From the IMG/VR virus record IMGVR_UViG_3300005573_000057, positions 76,450 through 140,449 of that record: DNA of 64,000 bases; one strand, written 5' to 3'. Source of the stretch: a virus. Position numbers and translations under genes: made by a program. How positions within the stretch are numbered: position 1 is the first letter of the stretch; each line of letters starts with the position of its first letter. Of the stretch, positions 18,257-27,851 are shown in pieces. The notes beneath the pieces were generated by a model. The model ran no database searches. It saw nothing but the letters and a program-made list of their open reading frames with translations, and had not been told where the DNA came from.

Positions 18257-19234
18257 TTATGCCAGTGCCAGAAGTTCTTCCATCGCACGATCTTTCATGT
18301 CCGAGGAAGCGCCTGTAAAACTATCAGCAAACTGCGCTGACTGATCGCGGCGACCTGTACCGTGAGTGTACATATTCGTAACCGCATTCAACGCGCCCCA
18401 AGCTGTACCCTTTGCCATGTCTGCGCCTGCACCTTCATTGTACAGACTCAACAGTCTATCGAGCCTACGAGTGGCACCCCACTTTTGATCTTCTTCGGAA
18501 AGCTTCGGATCGAACACCAGCTTCTTGAAGAACTCATTGACTTGTTGATCTGCCATCGGCGTTTCGGCCAGCTTGTTGATCTTATTGATGAACACGACCC
18601 AACTATCATCAAGAACGCCCATGTCAATCTTGACCGATTTGGCATCGAATTCGGCATGGTGAGTCTTGCGAATCACTTTACCGCCTTCACGAAGCGCGAC
18701 ATTCAGCGTGTTATTGCACACCACCCGAGTTGACACAAATTGTGCTGTTGTCGATTGAGTACCATCCACAGAAGTTGTCAGAAGCAGGTTTCCACGAACT
18801 TCATCATTGCCATTGATCTTGGTTTCCTTGCCAACTTCGGCAAGTGCCCAAAACTTTTTGCCGCCAAACAAGGTTCCAGCAGTCGAAAGCTTCATTCCAT
18901 TCAAGGCGACCAGATCGCGGAAAAATTCAAGAACCTCTCCAGGTTGTACAATCTTGAAACTTTCACCCATCACCGAAAGCGGCGCTTTCGTATCGCTACG
19001 GTAGAGCACTTTCTTACCAGGAAACGGAACAACCTGATACCCTTGATCGTTGGTGTAGTCAAAAAATACATCCGAACGCTCGACTGTCCAATCCAAACCG
19101 GCAACCTTTTTCCATTCTTCGATGGACGCATTTTCTGGAAGTTCGTTTCCAAGACCGTGCCAAATTGCATCCCGACTACCGATGAAAGCAAATTCAACGG
19201 AACCATCTTCACGTACTGTAAGTTCATGAGACAT
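18257..19234 (-). CDS. DUF932 / phage-plasmid TIGR03299-like protein
   Basis: WHGLG, AGLDW.V, VQP.EVLEFF, AG.L.GG, RVVCNNTL, GTAWGALNAVT. Confidence 0.9.
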   Translation of the reverse strand: MSHELTVREDGSVEFAFIGSRDAIWHGLGNELPENASIEEWKKVAGLDWTVERSDVFFDYTNDQGYQVVPFPGKKVLYRSDTKAPLSVMGESFKIVQPGEVLEFFRDLVALNGMKLSTAGTLFGGKKFWALAEVGKETKINGNDEVRGNLLLTTSVDGTQSTTAQFVSTRVVCNNTLNVALREGGKVIRKTHHAEFDAKSVKIDMGVLDDSWVVFINKINKLAETPMADQQVNEFFKKLVFDPKLSEEDQKWGATRRLDRLLSLYNEGAGADMAKGTAWGALNAVTNMYTHGTGRRDQSAQFADSFTGASSDMKDRAMEELLALA

Positions 19235-19277
19235 GACAAACTCCAAAGTTGAGAAAGAAATTACAAACCACAATTGA

Positions 19278-19305
19278 ATTGTACATCAATTTTCCCGACT
19301 GTCAA
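19278..19305 (-). promoter_or_regulatory. Sigma70-type early promoter
   Basis: TTGACA-N16-TACAAT. Confidence 0.7.
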
Positions 19306-19356
19306 GAACCTTTTTCAACGTTTGTGGTAGCGGCCATAGAAAACGCCACCCGGAAC

Positions 19357-20654
19357 GTGAATTGCCCCGCCCTAAAGGACAGAGCTTCTAATTTCGACGG
19401 CACGAGCAAGGACAGAAGGGTTCTTCCCTCTGACTTGGCTAACAGTGCCTCGATTAGCAGTACCGGCGATTCCCGCCGCTATTATTCTTTGCGCTTCATT
19501 GCTGATGTTTTTGGCGGCATTTATGTCCCTATCATGCAGAGTGCCGCATTGGTCACATCGCCAAGAGCGAATACTTAAAGGCATTGAAGGTTGAACGTGT
19601 AGACAACACGAACAAGTTTTACTCGACGGGAAATAGCGGTTTACCTTCACGAATCCTTTGCCCGCTTTCGCGGCCTTGTATTCGAGAAATCTGGTAAACA
19701 TGCCCCATCCCGCATCCCCAATAGCCTTTGCCAAGCAATGATTTTTCATCATTCCTTTGACGTTCAAATCCTCAACGGCAATGACTTTGTTTTCGTCAAC
19801 AAGTCGTCGAGAAAGTTTGTGCAACCAGTCCTTGCGAGCATTAGCGACACGTTCATGCGCCTTTGCCACAAGGATTCTAGCTTTGTTTCTGGTGTTACTA
19901 TCTTTCTTTTTACGGGAAAGCTTTTGTTGCTTCCGTTTTAGGTTCTTGGTTGCTTTCGCCAAGTGACGAGGATTTTTGAACTTCGATCCGTCGCTAGTGA
20001 CAACAAGATGAGTAAGACCAACATCTATGCCGATGATCTTGCCGTCAAAAGAAACTTTTGGTACGTCAAGACCGTTTTCAGTCAGAATAGAAGCAAAGTA
20101 TTGACCCGATTGATTCCGGCTTACAGTGACGGTTTTGATCTTTCCCACAATCTCACGATGCACGACTGCCTTGATGTGACCGATCTTCGGCAAATAAAGT
20201 TTACGCCCATCAACAATCTTAACGTCTTGTGGGTATTGGATGGACTGTTTACCGTGCTTCGATTTAAAGTTAGGGTACTTAGCACGATTCTTGAAGAAGT
20301 TTACAAAAGCACGAGAAAGATTAAGACTTACAGCTTGAAGTACCTGAGCATAGGGTTCAGCAAGCCACTCGTATTCTTTCTTGAGTTCTGGAAGGCGCTT
20401 GGTCAAATCGAAATGGCTAAGACCTTTGCCGGTTTCTTTATATGTCTTTTGCGTTTCTGCCAAGCTGTTGTTCCACAACCACCGCGCACAGCCGAACGCC
20501 TTGGCAAGAGATTCTTCCTGCTTGGCGTTTGGATAGATGCGAATTTTGGTGGCTGTTAACATATCTTTAGTAGGTAGTGTACCCTAATTTTATTCAAAAG
20601 TCAATAGAACACTTACATTCCCCACCTAAAGGAGAGGGTTTTACGTGTAATCGG
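19357..20654 (-). mobile_element. IS605-group TnpB-only element, both ends present
   Basis: TTAT|CCGATTACACGTAAAACCC left end with hairpin; right end ..GGGCGGGGCAATTCAC| followed by predicted guide GTTCCGGGTGGCGTTT. Confidence 0.85.
19372..20562 (-). CDS. tnpB: TnpB RNA-guided endonuclease (type B, copy 1)
   Basis: RIYP HTH, GIDVG, VEDL, PSSKTCSCC, DRDINAA. Confidence 0.95.
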   Translation of the reverse strand: MLTATKIRIYPNAKQEESLAKAFGCARWLWNNSLAETQKTYKETGKGLSHFDLTKRLPELKKEYEWLAEPYAQVLQAVSLNLSRAFVNFFKNRAKYPNFKSKHGKQSIQYPQDVKIVDGRKLYLPKIGHIKAVVHREIVGKIKTVTVSRNQSGQYFASILTENGLDVPKVSFDGKIIGIDVGLTHLVVTSDGSKFKNPRHLAKATKNLKRKQQKLSRKKKDSNTRNKARILVAKAHERVANARKDWLHKLSRRLVDENKVIAVEDLNVKGMMKNHCLAKAIGDAGWGMFTRFLEYKAAKAGKGFVKVNRYFPSSKTCSCCLHVQPSMPLSIRSWRCDQCGTLHDRDINAAKNISNEAQRIIAAGIAGTANRGTVSQVRGKNPSVLARAVEIRSSVL

Positions 20655-20712
20655 ATAACGATGCACGATGCACGAAGCATGATAGCACCTTTTGAATTGC
20701 TCGACGATTTCA

Positions 20713-21000
20713 TCAGTATGCAAACCTTCCGCGATACATCCGATCAAGGCGAATTTCTTCTGCTTTCAAGTCGTCGATGTGATCGCGTTCAAGCTTAACA
20801 TATTTGTCATATTCTTTCTTCGCCCTAGGTTCCAACGACGAGTTAATAATTTCGTCTGACAACAGACCCATCAAATCATCGCCAGCGTGAATGGCGCTAA
20901 TGATGTAAACCTCACCATCCTCTGCATCTACGCCGTAGCGCACATCCAGCGGCACACCTTCAATCTCGGTACTAAATGTATCAATATGATCGCTTTTCAT
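20713..21000 (-). CDS. Hypothetical protein
   Basis: AAAGGA RBS before MKSDH. Confidence 0.6.
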   Translation of the reverse strand: MKSDHIDTFSTEIEGVPLDVRYGVDAEDGEVYIISAIHAGDDLMGLLSDEIINSSLEPRAKKEYDKYVKLERDHIDDLKAEEIRLDRMYRGRFAY

Positions 21001-21010
21001 TTCAATTCCT

Positions 21011-21199
21011 TTAGTCCGTCTTGTCTTCACTGCGATCTTTGGCAATGAACCCATAATAAACGAGCAAAGCCCACAAAAACATCATCACAGCAAGGATAGC
21101 AGTCTGGACACTCAAAGAGAACAACGGGGTCACTGCAAATAGAATGATGATGCCACTAAAGCAAAGTAGCACTTTTTGAAGATTGCTTAACGGTTTCAT
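21011..21199 (-). CDS. Small two-TM membrane protein
   Basis: Two hydrophobic segments; AAAGGA RBS. Confidence 0.6.
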   Translation of the reverse strand: MKPLSNLQKVLLCFSGIIILFAVTPLFSLSVQTAILAVMMFLWALLVYYGFIAKDRSEDKTD

Positions 21200-21238
21200 T
21201 TCAATTCCTTTCAAGATCATGACTTGATCATAGTCGAT

Positions 21239-21877
21239 TCAAAGATCTTTGTCAAGGGGGATGTACTCTCCACCTTTCAACAAATTATGCCACATACCAA
21301 TCCTGCAATAGAACAAATTAAGACTGCTTTCAGAAATATACTCACTAGTAACGATACTATTGATCGTTACGGATTCACCAACCGAACGCTCCACAGCAGC
21401 ACTAGCGGCGAAAGCATCAATTTCAATCGGGTTGTTCATGTATGCCTTGCGATCATTAGAATCATAAGGGGCTTCAAACAATTCTTGACTATTAACACTT
21501 TGAGCAAGGTGCGCAAGTTCGTGCGTAAGACAACCAACGGTTTCAGCAACGATTGATTTTTTTGATTTTTCCGTATTCAGTAGATGTTCTTTCAAAGCAT
21601 TGACATAACAATCAATCTCAATTGAATGCATAGAATTTCCGGTAAAGATTCTACCAACAACGAAATATGGAGAAGAATTGACCGCCCTAGGATCATAAGC
21701 CGAAATTTTTCTAAATGATAGAGTAGCAAATCGAGTAATCTCGTCAACAAGAGCCTTCGTTTTATAGATTGGAAGTGAAGAACTTTTGAATTCGCCCATG
21801 ATGTTCATGATCATTTTAGAAGGATCAAATTCTTTAACAAGATGGGAAATTTTCATTTTTGAGGCTATGTCACACAT
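21239..21877 (-). CDS. HExxH metallopeptidase-like protein
   Basis: THELAH..Q and Y...P.EIDAFA; CAGGAG RBS. Confidence 0.6.
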   Translation of the reverse strand: MCDIASKMKISHLVKEFDPSKMIMNIMGEFKSSSLPIYKTKALVDEITRFATLSFRKISAYDPRAVNSSPYFVVGRIFTGNSMHSIEIDCYVNALKEHLLNTEKSKKSIVAETVGCLTHELAHLAQSVNSQELFEAPYDSNDRKAYMNNPIEIDAFAASAAVERSVGESVTINSIVTSEYISESSLNLFYCRIGMWHNLLKGGEYIPLDKDL

Positions 21878-21975
21878 GATAAACTCCTGAAAGATTCGCA
21901 CGACGCCCACAAAACAATGATAGTCCATTAAACCTTTCTTGTCTAGCCCAAAGTTGTAAATTATCGTGACATGGT

Positions 21976-21999
21976 TGGTGCCGGATGTAGGAATGGAAC
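21976..21999 (-). pseudogene. Degenerate duplicate of the tRNA-Thr 3' end
   Basis: tggtgccggatgtaggaatggaac vs tggtgccggatacaggaatcgaac at 22212. Confidence 0.55.
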
Positions 22000-22081
22000 A
22001 TCCAGACTCCTGTACTAGAAAGATTTTTTCATGCTTTACTTCGGTCACTTAGTTTTTTGGACTTTGACATATCTATCTCTG

Positions 22082-22170
22082 TGGTACACGGAACGGGAGT
22101 CGAACCCGTATGACCTATTAAAGTCGGTGGATTTTAAGTCCACTGTGTCTACCAATTCCACCACCCATGC
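22082..22170 (-). tRNA. tRNA-Leu(TAA)
   Basis: Cloverleaf, GTGGA-CTTAAAA-TCCAC, long variable arm, CCA. Confidence 0.92.
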
Positions 22171-22211
22171 ACTGAATTACTTACTACAAGTAGTTCTACT
22201 ACAATTATAGT

Positions 22212-22287
22212 TGGTGCCGGATACAGGAATCGAACCCACGACCTCCAACTTACAAGGTTGTTGCTCTACCAACTGAGCTAATCCGGC
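22212..22287 (-). tRNA. tRNA-Thr(TGT)
   Basis: GCCGGAT acceptor, CTTGTAA loop, CCA; T-stem has three G-U pairs. Confidence 0.85.
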
Positions 22288-22316
22288 ACATTCCAAGACA
22301 AAGATCAATGATTGAA

Positions 22317-22345
22317 ATCATACCAAACTTTCAATCCCATGTCAA
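22317..22345 (-). promoter_or_regulatory. Promoter for tRNA-Thr/Leu
   Basis: TTGACA-N17-TATGAT. Confidence 0.65.
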
Positions 22346-22369
22346 GAACATGGGATATAGAAGCATGCT

Positions 22370-23473
22370 TCACAGGGCGAAATCTAAAACTTCATCACCA
22401 ACATCGTGCTCGACCATGCCTAGCATATAGTTTGCAGGTTTTTCTTCTTGGGGGCTAGACTGCATCTTACCCATATCAATCCATTTTTCCATAAACTTTA
22501 GTGGATTTTTTTCAGGAAAGGCATAAGCGCAGTCGATTTCAAAAAATTTATAGACTTCCATAGAGGAAAACAAAACAAACGAGAAAAGTTTATCACTGGT
22601 AAGGCCCGGAAACTCTCGGTTGTCAGAAAGAATATATTCGGCCCATTCTTTCTCTGTTTCAACGACCAAATCTACCATTTCTTTAATTTTAGGTTTAAGT
22701 CGGTACAAAGCTTCTGAACCTCTTGGTGTCGATTTTTCAATTTTCAAAATTTCATAGTCTGCCAGAGAATGAATTTCATATTCATCTTGGGCGATTTTTT
22801 GCACAGCTTTACCAATTGGCATAAACTGTCCGGTCTCTGCCACGGCAAAAGTAACTGCGAAGGAAGAAATAAATTGGATACGCTCCAAGATATACATCGC
22901 AGCCATGTACAGAATCACCGAATCGTAGACTGCTGGATCGTCTTTGGCGAGTAGCCCAAGAGCAAGTTGATGTGAAATCACATAAGTTTTCTCTAGGGCA
23001 TCCGTGATAGGCTTTAGGCGATGATGGGCTTCTTTGACTTTGAGAATTTCATCCAATATGTCGTCCGGGTTGTCAAAAGAAGTTCTGACAATCTCGGAGT
23101 ATGTAAAGGAATGCAAACTCTCGTTTTCGCCAATGCGCTGCCACAAAGCCCAAAGTTCGGAACTACTCGTGATATTTGCGCCAATACCTGCAACCGACCG
23201 ACTGACTACACTGTCGGCTTCCCATTGCCAAGCAAGTGTTTTAATCATAATATCGTAGGTATTCTTATCGCAAATTTGAAACTCACGCTTACAACTGGAA
23301 AAATTAAACTCGTTTTCATCCCAATCCAAAGCTTTGAGTTTTTTGTAAAGATTCCATAGTTTAGGATACTGTTTATTGATGGTATCAACTAGACCCGGAG
23401 ACTGCCCCAAAAACAAAGGAGTCTTCTTATACTCAGAGTAATTCAAGTTAATAATGGATGATGGTAAGTTCAT
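22370..23473 (-). CDS. nrdB: Class I ribonucleotide reductase beta subunit
   Basis: W..NE, EADS, ESLHSFTY (radical Tyr), ERIQFISSF, DEYEIH. Confidence 0.93.
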   Translation of the reverse strand: MNLPSSIINLNYSEYKKTPLFLGQSPGLVDTINKQYPKLWNLYKKLKALDWDENEFNFSSCKREFQICDKNTYDIMIKTLAWQWEADSVVSRSVAGIGANITSSSELWALWQRIGENESLHSFTYSEIVRTSFDNPDDILDEILKVKEAHHRLKPITDALEKTYVISHQLALGLLAKDDPAVYDSVILYMAAMYILERIQFISSFAVTFAVAETGQFMPIGKAVQKIAQDEYEIHSLADYEILKIEKSTPRGSEALYRLKPKIKEMVDLVVETEKEWAEYILSDNREFPGLTSDKLFSFVLFSSMEVYKFFEIDCAYAFPEKNPLKFMEKWIDMGKMQSSPQEEKPANYMLGMVEHDVGDEVLDFAL

Positions 23474-23489
23474 AAAAGTCCTTTGTATG

Positions 23490-25742
23490 TTACAGGGTAC
23501 AAACACCAGACTCACAACCGACACTTTCGGGTGTCGAGTCACGTTCATCGTCAGATGTTAAACTATTAGTGTAATACTTACTCTTTAGCCCGTATTTGAT
23601 CATGGTTAGATAAAGATCGAGCATTTCCTTGGTTTTGATACTAATGTTGGCTGTTCTGTCTCGGAACAGATCTGCACTGATGGACTGATCAGTAAATTTT
23701 TGAATGATTGCGTAAAATTTGACAAGATCAATTTCTGAAATATCCCAAGCTCTTTGATAGGACTGATTCATCAAGTCACCATCTTTAGCACACCACTCAA
23801 CCGCGTTGGTGCCGTCTGTTTTCTTCAAAGCCAAACCACGGATAGGATACAGCCCGTTAGGAACTCCAGAAGCCTTGGAAGAAGATTCGCTTGGCATATG
23901 AGCGATCAAACTTGAAAAACGAATACCGCCATTATCAATAATCTTTTTTCTCAAATTCTCCCAATCGTACTGATAGGAAGGTTCAACAAGTTCGTCTACA
24001 CTTTTGTTATAGGTATCAATAGGCAACCATCCTTGAGGCCATTTTGTTTTGTGTATCCAAGGAGCATTTCCTTTTTCCATACCCAATTTCAGGGCTTGGT
24101 TGATAGCATGCCACGCATGGCGTTCAGCAACTTTGTGCGCAAAAGCAAACCCTTCGGGCGTATCGAATTTTTGATTGTTTTCTGCCATGAGGGTAGCTAG
24201 GCCAATGATTCCAACCGCTGCATTGCGACGCATCTTTGTCGTGTATTCTACGTGTGGCAGTTCATAATCGCTAATTTCAATACATTGATCAATCATTTCT
24301 AAGCAATGATACATGGCCGAAGCATAGGTTTCTTCGTCATGAATATTGCAAACGACAATGCCGCCGATGGTACACTGAGAGACTTCACCACGTTGATGAT
24401 CTTCCTTCTTAAACAGATCTTCCATCGACTCGTATGGGGCAGTTGGCTGAACAATCTCTGCACAAAGATTCGAGCTATAGATAGGATCTATATAAGAAGT
24501 GTGGCGATTGACTTCATCAATTGATAGATGATATACAGTGGATACATCGTAAAATTGCCCGATAAATTTAAGGGCCAATTTACGCGCATTGAAGTATTTC
24601 TTTTTGAAATTAGGATCGTTTTCGTATTTTTCGTAAATAGCTTTGAAAGTGTCAATGTCTCCACTATAAAAGGCTTTGTGTAAATCGGGAGCAGATTTAA
24701 CATTAAAATGAAAACATTCTTTGTTTTCAATGACTTTCTGAGCAAAAAATTTATTAGTCAGAATACCAAAATGCAAGAGTCGGTTTTGAACATCAACCGT
24801 AGTCTTTGGGTTTTGTAGCATTGTAATGGTTTCTGCCTCGGGATCAAAGCAACTGTAATAAACCGTACATGCGCCACCCCTAGACCCTTGTATGTTCGCA
24901 CGGACAGCGCCAGCAAGTGATCGGTAATATGGCAGCTTTCCTTGGTGCGAAATAGCTCCATTGCGCACACTATCACCTACCGAACGGCACATAACGTTGC
25001 TTCCGATTCCGGCAGACATATAAGTCTGTGTATAAGCAATGAAATCCCCAATCGCCAACGACCTAGCCGAGTCCCCAGCCGCATACAAACAGCAAGAGGC
25101 CAACCCATGATGAGGGGTGCCTAGATTGACATAATTTGGGGTAGGTGCGTTGATTCGGTTAAAAGACAGATGATCATAAAACTCTTTAACATATCGAAGT
25201 TTAACATCGGGACTCTTGTTAGCGTGAATCGCCATAGCCATTCGCATATAGATAACCTGCGGGGTCTCATAAGCTTGACCTGTTTTTCGGTTTTGCAGTG
25301 AATACTTATGTGACATATAGCGAATTTGAAAAAACGCTAGATTAAAGTCCCTATTATGATCAATGATTTTTTCAATGGCTTCATATTCTTCTTCGGAGTA
25401 GCCTAGATCAACCATCAGTCCCAGGTCGATAAGGTTTTTATGGATCTCCTTTAAAGGAGGAATCTGGTCTCCGTAAATATCTTTTCGCAGTACCGCGCTG
25501 TACAAACGCCCCGCCATAATTTGATAAGGCCAAGAATCTCGGCCCAAACAAACATCAATGAGTTTTTTCTGTAAATCTTGGGAAGAAATTTCTTCTGGAC
25601 ACTCTTTAATGGCGTCTAAAACAACACCACTCCAATCGACACGATCACTAATATGTTCAGAAGCCCACATACTCCACTTGTTAAGTTTACTAGGATCGAA
25701 ATTTTCAATAAACTGATTTCTTTTAATAATTTTTTTTAGCAT
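23490..25742 (-). CDS. nrdA: Class I ribonucleotide reductase alpha subunit
   Basis: ATP-cone-like N-terminus, YETPQ, APTP, ASCC, SNLCAEI, MPSESSS, KYY, C-terminal CxxxxC. Confidence 0.95.
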   Translation of the reverse strand: MLKKIIKRNQFIENFDPSKLNKWSMWASEHISDRVDWSGVVLDAIKECPEEISSQDLQKKLIDVCLGRDSWPYQIMAGRLYSAVLRKDIYGDQIPPLKEIHKNLIDLGLMVDLGYSEEEYEAIEKIIDHNRDFNLAFFQIRYMSHKYSLQNRKTGQAYETPQVIYMRMAMAIHANKSPDVKLRYVKEFYDHLSFNRINAPTPNYVNLGTPHHGLASCCLYAAGDSARSLAIGDFIAYTQTYMSAGIGSNVMCRSVGDSVRNGAISHQGKLPYYRSLAGAVRANIQGSRGGACTVYYSCFDPEAETITMLQNPKTTVDVQNRLLHFGILTNKFFAQKVIENKECFHFNVKSAPDLHKAFYSGDIDTFKAIYEKYENDPNFKKKYFNARKLALKFIGQFYDVSTVYHLSIDEVNRHTSYIDPIYSSNLCAEIVQPTAPYESMEDLFKKEDHQRGEVSQCTIGGIVVCNIHDEETYASAMYHCLEMIDQCIEISDYELPHVEYTTKMRRNAAVGIIGLATLMAENNQKFDTPEGFAFAHKVAERHAWHAINQALKLGMEKGNAPWIHKTKWPQGWLPIDTYNKSVDELVEPSYQYDWENLRKKIIDNGGIRFSSLIAHMPSESSSKASGVPNGLYPIRGLALKKTDGTNAVEWCAKDGDLMNQSYQRAWDISEIDLVKFYAIIQKFTDQSISADLFRDRTANISIKTKEMLDLYLTMIKYGLKSKYYTNSLTSDDERDSTPESVGCESGVCTL

Positions 25743-25926
25743 TTTTTTACCAGCAATGAAAGAAAGTAATGGTTAGAAAAAGAAAAACCCCTCGAACAAG
25801 GGGTGGTCTATGATGTACAGAAAGATCAGAAAATCTTACAAGTTTGGTGACTACTTGCGGCATTGATTATCAAATTGGTCTACAAGGTCATGAAAAGTGA
25901 ACGCGAAATCCAAAAATTCCTTTTTT

Positions 25927-27223
25927 TTGACATCCTCCCCGGCCCGAAGGCCGAAGATTCCTACTGCGCTACACGATAATTTGTGTAGTCACTTCGGCGG
26001 GTTCCTGCTTCACAGAACGGCCTTGCTGCACCGATTCTCCACAGGCTAACAAGCGAAATCCTCGCTCTAAAATATTGATTGCACCGACTAGATCGGCGTT
26101 TTCCTCATACCCACAGTCCACACATGCAAACTTGGCTTGTGTCTGGCGATTCTCTGCCGACACACAACCGCAGTCCGGGCAAGTCTGACTGGTGTAATGA
26201 GCCGGAACTGCAAGCAGAATGCCACCGTTCCAAGCCATTTTGTATTCCAGTTGTCTCCTGAATTCGCTCCATCCTTGATCGAGGATCAAATGGTTCAGAC
26301 CGGATTTTTGTCTGACTTTCTTGCCGTGTTGTTCACTATTGCCCTTTGAAGACTTGGACATATTCCGTACCTGCAAATCTTCAATAACAATCATAGCGTG
26401 GTTTTTGCTGATCATTGTTGAGGCTTTATGCAGGAAGTCTTTCCGGGCATTGGCGATACTGCTGTAAATCTTCTGGACTTTGGCCTTCGCCTTTTTCCAG
26501 TTACTACTGAACTTAACTTTGTGACCCATTCGCCGCTGGTATTTTTTCAGGCGCTTCTCATGTTTCTTGAAACTGTTAAGCGGTTTAATATAGCTACCAT
26601 CGCTCAATGTAGCGAAGCGAGTAATGCCCATGTCGATACCAACGGCAGTTGTGGCCGTTGGAACAGGCTGTTCGACTTCACGTTGCGTCTGAATCGAGGC
26701 AAACCACTTTCCTGCCACCTGACTTACCGTGACATTTCGCAGTTCGCCTAGAACATCACGACTGTTGCGGTAGCGCAACCAACCAAGTTTAGGCAGGAAA
26801 ATACGGTCATTGGTCTGATCAAGCTTAATCTTTTTAGGGTCAGGATAACGAAAACTGACGTGTTGATCTTTTTTCTTGAACTTTGGAAAATTTGCACGTT
26901 TAGCAAAGAAGTTCTTGTAAGCGCGTTCTAAGTCTTTAAGCGTCTGTTGCAACGGATGCACAGGAGCATCCCCGAGCCACGGCGTTTCCGTTCCATTGCG
27001 CCAACCAGTCAAGTGCTTCGTCATAGAAAAGTAGCCGATGAACTTGTTCCCAGCTTCGTGATTTTCTTTCTGCAACGCCAAAGCCTTGTTATAAACAAAC
27101 CGGCACGACCCAGCGAAGCTACGCATTTTGCGTTGCTGTTCGCCATTCGGCATCAGTTCGTATTTGTAAGCTTGTAGACGTTTCATAACTTTATTATACT
27201 AGGTCTATGGTTCAAAAGCAACA
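25927..27223 (-). mobile_element. TnpB-only element with truncated left end
   Basis: Right end ..GGGGAGGATGTCAA|; similarity to the 10434-11793 element stops just beyond the promoter; left hairpin and TTGAT absent. Confidence 0.8.
25969..27186 (-). CDS. tnpB: TnpB RNA-guided endonuclease (type A, copy 2)
   Basis: Close paralog of 10477-11694; GIDMG, IEDL and NADL intact. Confidence 0.95.
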   Translation of the reverse strand: MKRLQAYKYELMPNGEQQRKMRSFAGSCRFVYNKALALQKENHEAGNKFIGYFSMTKHLTGWRNGTETPWLGDAPVHPLQQTLKDLERAYKNFFAKRANFPKFKKKDQHVSFRYPDPKKIKLDQTNDRIFLPKLGWLRYRNSRDVLGELRNVTVSQVAGKWFASIQTQREVEQPVPTATTAVGIDMGITRFATLSDGSYIKPLNSFKKHEKRLKKYQRRMGHKVKFSSNWKKAKAKVQKIYSSIANARKDFLHKASTMISKNHAMIVIEDLQVRNMSKSSKGNSEQHGKKVRQKSGLNHLILDQGWSEFRRQLEYKMAWNGGILLAVPAHYTSQTCPDCGCVSAENRQTQAKFACVDCGYEENADLVGAINILERGFRLLACGESVQQGRSVKQEPAEVTTQIIV

Positions 27224-27244
27224 TCTAAACTATGACGGCGAAAA

Positions 27245-27337
27245 TGGCGGGAACCGTGAGACTCGAACTCACACGCCCCTTTCGGGGCCTTCGGTTTTCA
27301 AGGCCGCTGCCGCTAGTCCAACTCGGCTTAGGTTCCC
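27245..27337 (-). tRNA. tRNA-Ser(TGA)
   Basis: Long variable arm GCCCC-GAAA-GGGGC, CTTGAAA loop, GCCA end; two anticodon-stem mismatches. Confidence 0.85.
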
Positions 27338-27346
27338 AATTCTAAA

Positions 27347-27370
27347 TGGTCTGTGTGGTAGGATTTGAAC
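27347..27370 (-). pseudogene. Duplicate 3' fragment of tRNA-Pro
   Basis: tggtctgtgtggtaggatttgaac vs tggtctgtgtggtaggattcgaac at 27559. Confidence 0.75.
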
Positions 27371-27436
27371 TTTTATTCAAAAGTTAAAGCAAACTTACAT
27401 TTTACACCTAAAAGAAGTGGTTTTAGGTGTAATCGG
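27371..27436 (-). mobile_element. Orphan, degenerate left end of a type B TnpB element
   Basis: Aligns with 20588-20654 (ttttattcaaaagt..acttacatt..cacctaaa.ga..ggtttta.gtgtaatcgg). Confidence 0.8.
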
Positions 27437-27445
27437 TTAGATAAT

Positions 27446-27532
27446 TGGTGGGTTGCCAGGGAGTCGAACCCCGTTACTCCGTAGAGCGTCTGATTTACAG
27501 TCAGGTGCATTCGCCAGTGATGCTCGCAACCC
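27446..27532 (-). tRNA. tRNA-Tyr(GTA)
   Basis: CTGA-CTGTAAA-TCAG, variable arm, CCA. Confidence 0.92.
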
Positions 27533-27558
27533 AAAAATCGTGAAAATTAGTTTTCTAA

Positions 27559-27636
27559 TGGTCTGTGTGGTAGGATTCGAACCTACGACAACTCGGCTCC
27601 AAACCGAGGACTCTGGCCAGACTGAGCTACACACAG
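27559..27636 (-). tRNA. tRNA-Pro(TGG)
   Basis: CTCGG-TTTGGAG-CCGAG, CCA. Confidence 0.92.
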
Positions 27637-27659
27637 GTACAAATGACATTGAAACAACT

Positions 27660-27733
27660 TGGAGCGACAACTGAGAATCGAACTCAGGTTAGTAGATTGG
27701 AAATCTACAGTTCTACCATTGAACTACTGTCGC
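27660..27733 (-). tRNA. tRNA-Gly(TCC)
   Basis: GTAGA-TTTCCAA-TCTAC, GCG..CGC-TCCA. Confidence 0.92.
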
Positions 27734-27739
27734 AAATCT

Positions 27740-27815
27740 TGTTGGAACTAGTCGGATTCGAACCGACGACCTTCTGCTTACAAAACAGATGCTCTACCTT
27801 CTGAGCTATAGCTCC
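27740..27815 (-). tRNA. Atypical tRNA: Ala-like body, TGT (Thr) anticodon, ends A-ACA
   Basis: GGAGCTATAGCTCAG..TCTGT-TTTGTAA-GCAGA..TAGTTCC-A-ACA. Confidence 0.7.
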
Positions 27816-27851
27816 AATTCGTTTAATTATTAACAACACTCAAAATTCAAA

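Noticed and set aside
2144-25742. Introns or inteins in gp43, gp41, uvsX, nrdA or nrdB
   Set aside because: ORFs are continuous, of normal length and lack splice motifs.
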